A stretch of DNA of 64,000 nt from an uncultured Nitrospiraceae bacterium. Lineage in GTDB: Bacteria; Nitrospirota; Thermodesulfovibrionia; Thermodesulfovibrionales; UBA6898. This document shows positions 62,671 to 64,000 of this stretch, piece after piece. A program made the position numbers and the translations under genes. Position 1 is the stretch's first letter. The number at the start of each line of letters is the position of its first letter. The notes under the pieces were generated by a model, which worked only from the letters and a program-made list of their open reading frames with translations, ran no database searches and had not been told where the DNA came from. The DNA lies in the NCBI GenBank assembly GCA_963811165.1, contig CAWEQH010000010.1, forward strand, positions 1,027,920-1,091,919. The letters run 5' to 3'.

Positions 62671-63642
62671 ATGTTTCCCTATCTGAGACCCAGGAGACTG
62701 AGGAAGAACGAGGCCATCAGGAGGATGGTGAGGGAGACCTCGCTGTCCCCTGATGATCTTATCTACCCCCTGTTTGTGACCTTCGGGAAAAACGTCCGCA
62801 AAGAAATAAAATCAATGCCCGGATGTTTCCAGGAGTCGGTCGACATGATCGTCAGGCATGCAAAAGAGGTCTATTCATTAGGCATACCGGCGGTACTGCT
62901 CTTTGGTATCCCGGAGCACAAGGACGAGATCGGCTCAGGGGCGTATGACCCAAAGGGGGTCGTACAGAAGGCCATTACCGCGATCAAGAATAAGGTCCCG
63001 GGACTCTATGTGGTCACGGATGTCTGCATGTGCGAATACACAAGCCACGGCCACTGCGGCATTATTGAAGGCGGCGAGGTGAGAAATGATCCCACGCTGG
63101 AGCTTCTTGCGAAAGAGGCCGTGTCTCATGCAAAGGCGGGTGCGGACATGGTTGCTCCTTCCGACATGATGGACGGAAGGGTCGGGGCGATACGGGCGGC
63201 CCTCGATGAAGAGGGGTTTTCGGAGACTCCGATCATGAGCTATGCAGCGAAATACGCATCGTCCTTTTACGGGCCGTTCCGAGAGGCGGGCGAATGTGCG
63301 CCACAGTTCGGCGACAGAAGTTCCTACCAGATGGACCCGTCTAACAGACGCGAGGCGCTCAAGGAGGTTGCTCTCGATGTCGAAGAGGGCGCCGATATCG
63401 TGATGGTAAAGCCGGCGATGACCTACCTCGATATCATCTCCGACGTAAGGGCGAGCTTCGACCTTCCGGTAGCGGCATACAATGTAAGCGGCGAATATGC
63501 CGTCATCAAGGCGGCGGCGAAGCTTGGCTGGATCGATGAAAAGCGGGCCATGATGGAAGTACTGACATCGATTAAACGGGCCGGCGCCGACCTGATACTC
63601 ACCTACTTCGCAAAAGAAGCGGCGAAGGTCCTCCACAAGTAA
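62671..63642 (+). CDS. hemB: porphobilinogen synthase (delta-aminolevulinate dehydratase), Zn-type
   Basis: RPRRLR, the Cys-rich Zn site [14 protein letters not shown], and the active-site lysine regions (MVKPA). 323 aa. Confidence 0.9.
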   Translation: MFPYLRPRRLRKNEAIRRMVRETSLSPDDLIYPLFVTFGKNVRKEIKSMPGCFQESVDMIVRHAKEVYSLGIPAVLLFGIPEHKDEIGSGAYDPKGVVQKAITAIKNKVPGLYVVTDVCMCEYTSHGHCGIIEGGEVRNDPTLELLAKEAVSHAKAGADMVAPSDMMDGRVGAIRAALDEEGFSETPIMSYAAKYASSFYGPFREAGECAPQFGDRSSYQMDPSNRREALKEVALDVEEGADIVMVKPAMTYLDIISDVRASFDLPVAAYNVSGEYAVIKAAAKLGWIDEKRAMMEVLTSIKRAGADLILTYFAKEAAKVLHK

Positions 63643-63700
63643 TCCCCCTTCCCTTTTTCCCTATACTAGCCAATCGCGTAATTTCCGCTATACTGGAAAA

Positions 63701-64000
63701 ATGGACGATATCCAGAAGATGCGCGCATGCGTGATGGTCTTTTTTTTGATCTTCCTCTTTCCCCTTTCGTCGCGGGGGGCAGAGAAGAATAACTACATCG
63801 TCCTTAGGGGCGGGACTTACACCTTTATGGACTCCCTCAAAGACGCAAATCTGGCGACCGGGTTCGACGGGGAGTTGGCTTACGGTCGATACATCCTGCC
63901 CAATCTTATCCTGGAGGGCGCAGCAGGCTATTTCCACGACGGCGTCAACAAAGGATATGGGAATGATGTGAAGGGGATACCGGTGACGCTGACGGCAAAA
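63701..64000 (+). CDS. outer-membrane beta-barrel (OmpW/porin-family-like) protein, N-terminal 100 codons only
   Basis: The frame is open from ATG 63701 to the window end (not in the ORF track). Signal peptide MRACVMVFFLIFLFPLSSRGAE is followed by YIVLRGGTYTF...GFDGELAYGRY...LEGAAGYF, alternating beta-strand patterns. Confidence 0.5.
   Translation, partial: MDDIQKMRACVMVFFLIFLFPLSSRGAEKNNYIVLRGGTYTFMDSLKDANLATGFDGELAYGRYILPNLILEGAAGYFHDGVNKGYGNDVKGIPVTLTAK

Noticed and set aside
62935-63636. 233-aa ORF antisense to hemB
   Set aside because: hemB on the plus strand has unambiguous motifs, and the antisense product is low-complexity.

Overview
This is a 64-kb chromosomal window from an anaerobic, diderm-type bacterium. 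I saw no rRNA, tRNA or CRISPR array. The taxon cannot be fixed from the sequence; the gene content resembles Nitrospirota- or Desulfobacterota-like anaerobes. Coding density is high and most genes are housekeeping or anaerobic redox/energy functions. In order, the window contains: a partial secreted beta-propeller protein; MetF with a Cys-less DsrC/TusE-like protein; a redox-stress block (TrxR-like flavoprotein, OsmC, ferredoxin, CBS, HtrA, Nfu, YceI); a polar amino-acid ABC transporter; PpsR; TauE; a secreted protein with 78-bp tandem repeats; a hemerythrin/DUF2249/DUF438 block directly upstream of nrfHA (cytochrome c nitrite reductase); a DUF3786 Fe-S protein; two adjacent IS elements (one intact IS4-type, one decayed rve-type); a Ni-CODH cluster (cooS-cooF-FAD oxidoreductase); stubs of pta and ackA; pyruvate kinase; an OTR-type octaheme cytochrome with an outer-membrane barrel; ComEC; cdaA-cdaR-glmM; a second DUF3786 gene; a UbiB-like kinase; an AAA+ ATPase plus a small Cys-rich protein; TlpA; a three-gene split glutamate synthase; an IscA-like protein; HemB. 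The four signals I find most interesting are not explained by the gene list. (1) A 14-nt ATGA-N6-TCAT palindrome is centred about -38 to -42 of three promoters (hemerythrin operon, nrfHA, DUF3786). One copy was cut by the IS4 insertion, which still carries its 9-bp target duplication. (2) A roughly 115-nt intergenic element occurs in four copies, and its stems are maintained by compensatory or wobble changes. It is a candidate structured RNA or REP-like family. (3) There is widespread gene decay or indel noise: pta/ackA stubs, a Rossmann-gene stub, a twice-frameshifted transposase, and four single-nucleotide frame breaks in otherwise intact genes, one of them inside a G7 tract in the octaheme cytochrome. 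(4) The two unrelated IS elements share a 13-14-nt core in their ends, and the rve-type element is bracketed by a 26-bp direct repeat. All family names come from motif recognition by eye; no database search was possible.
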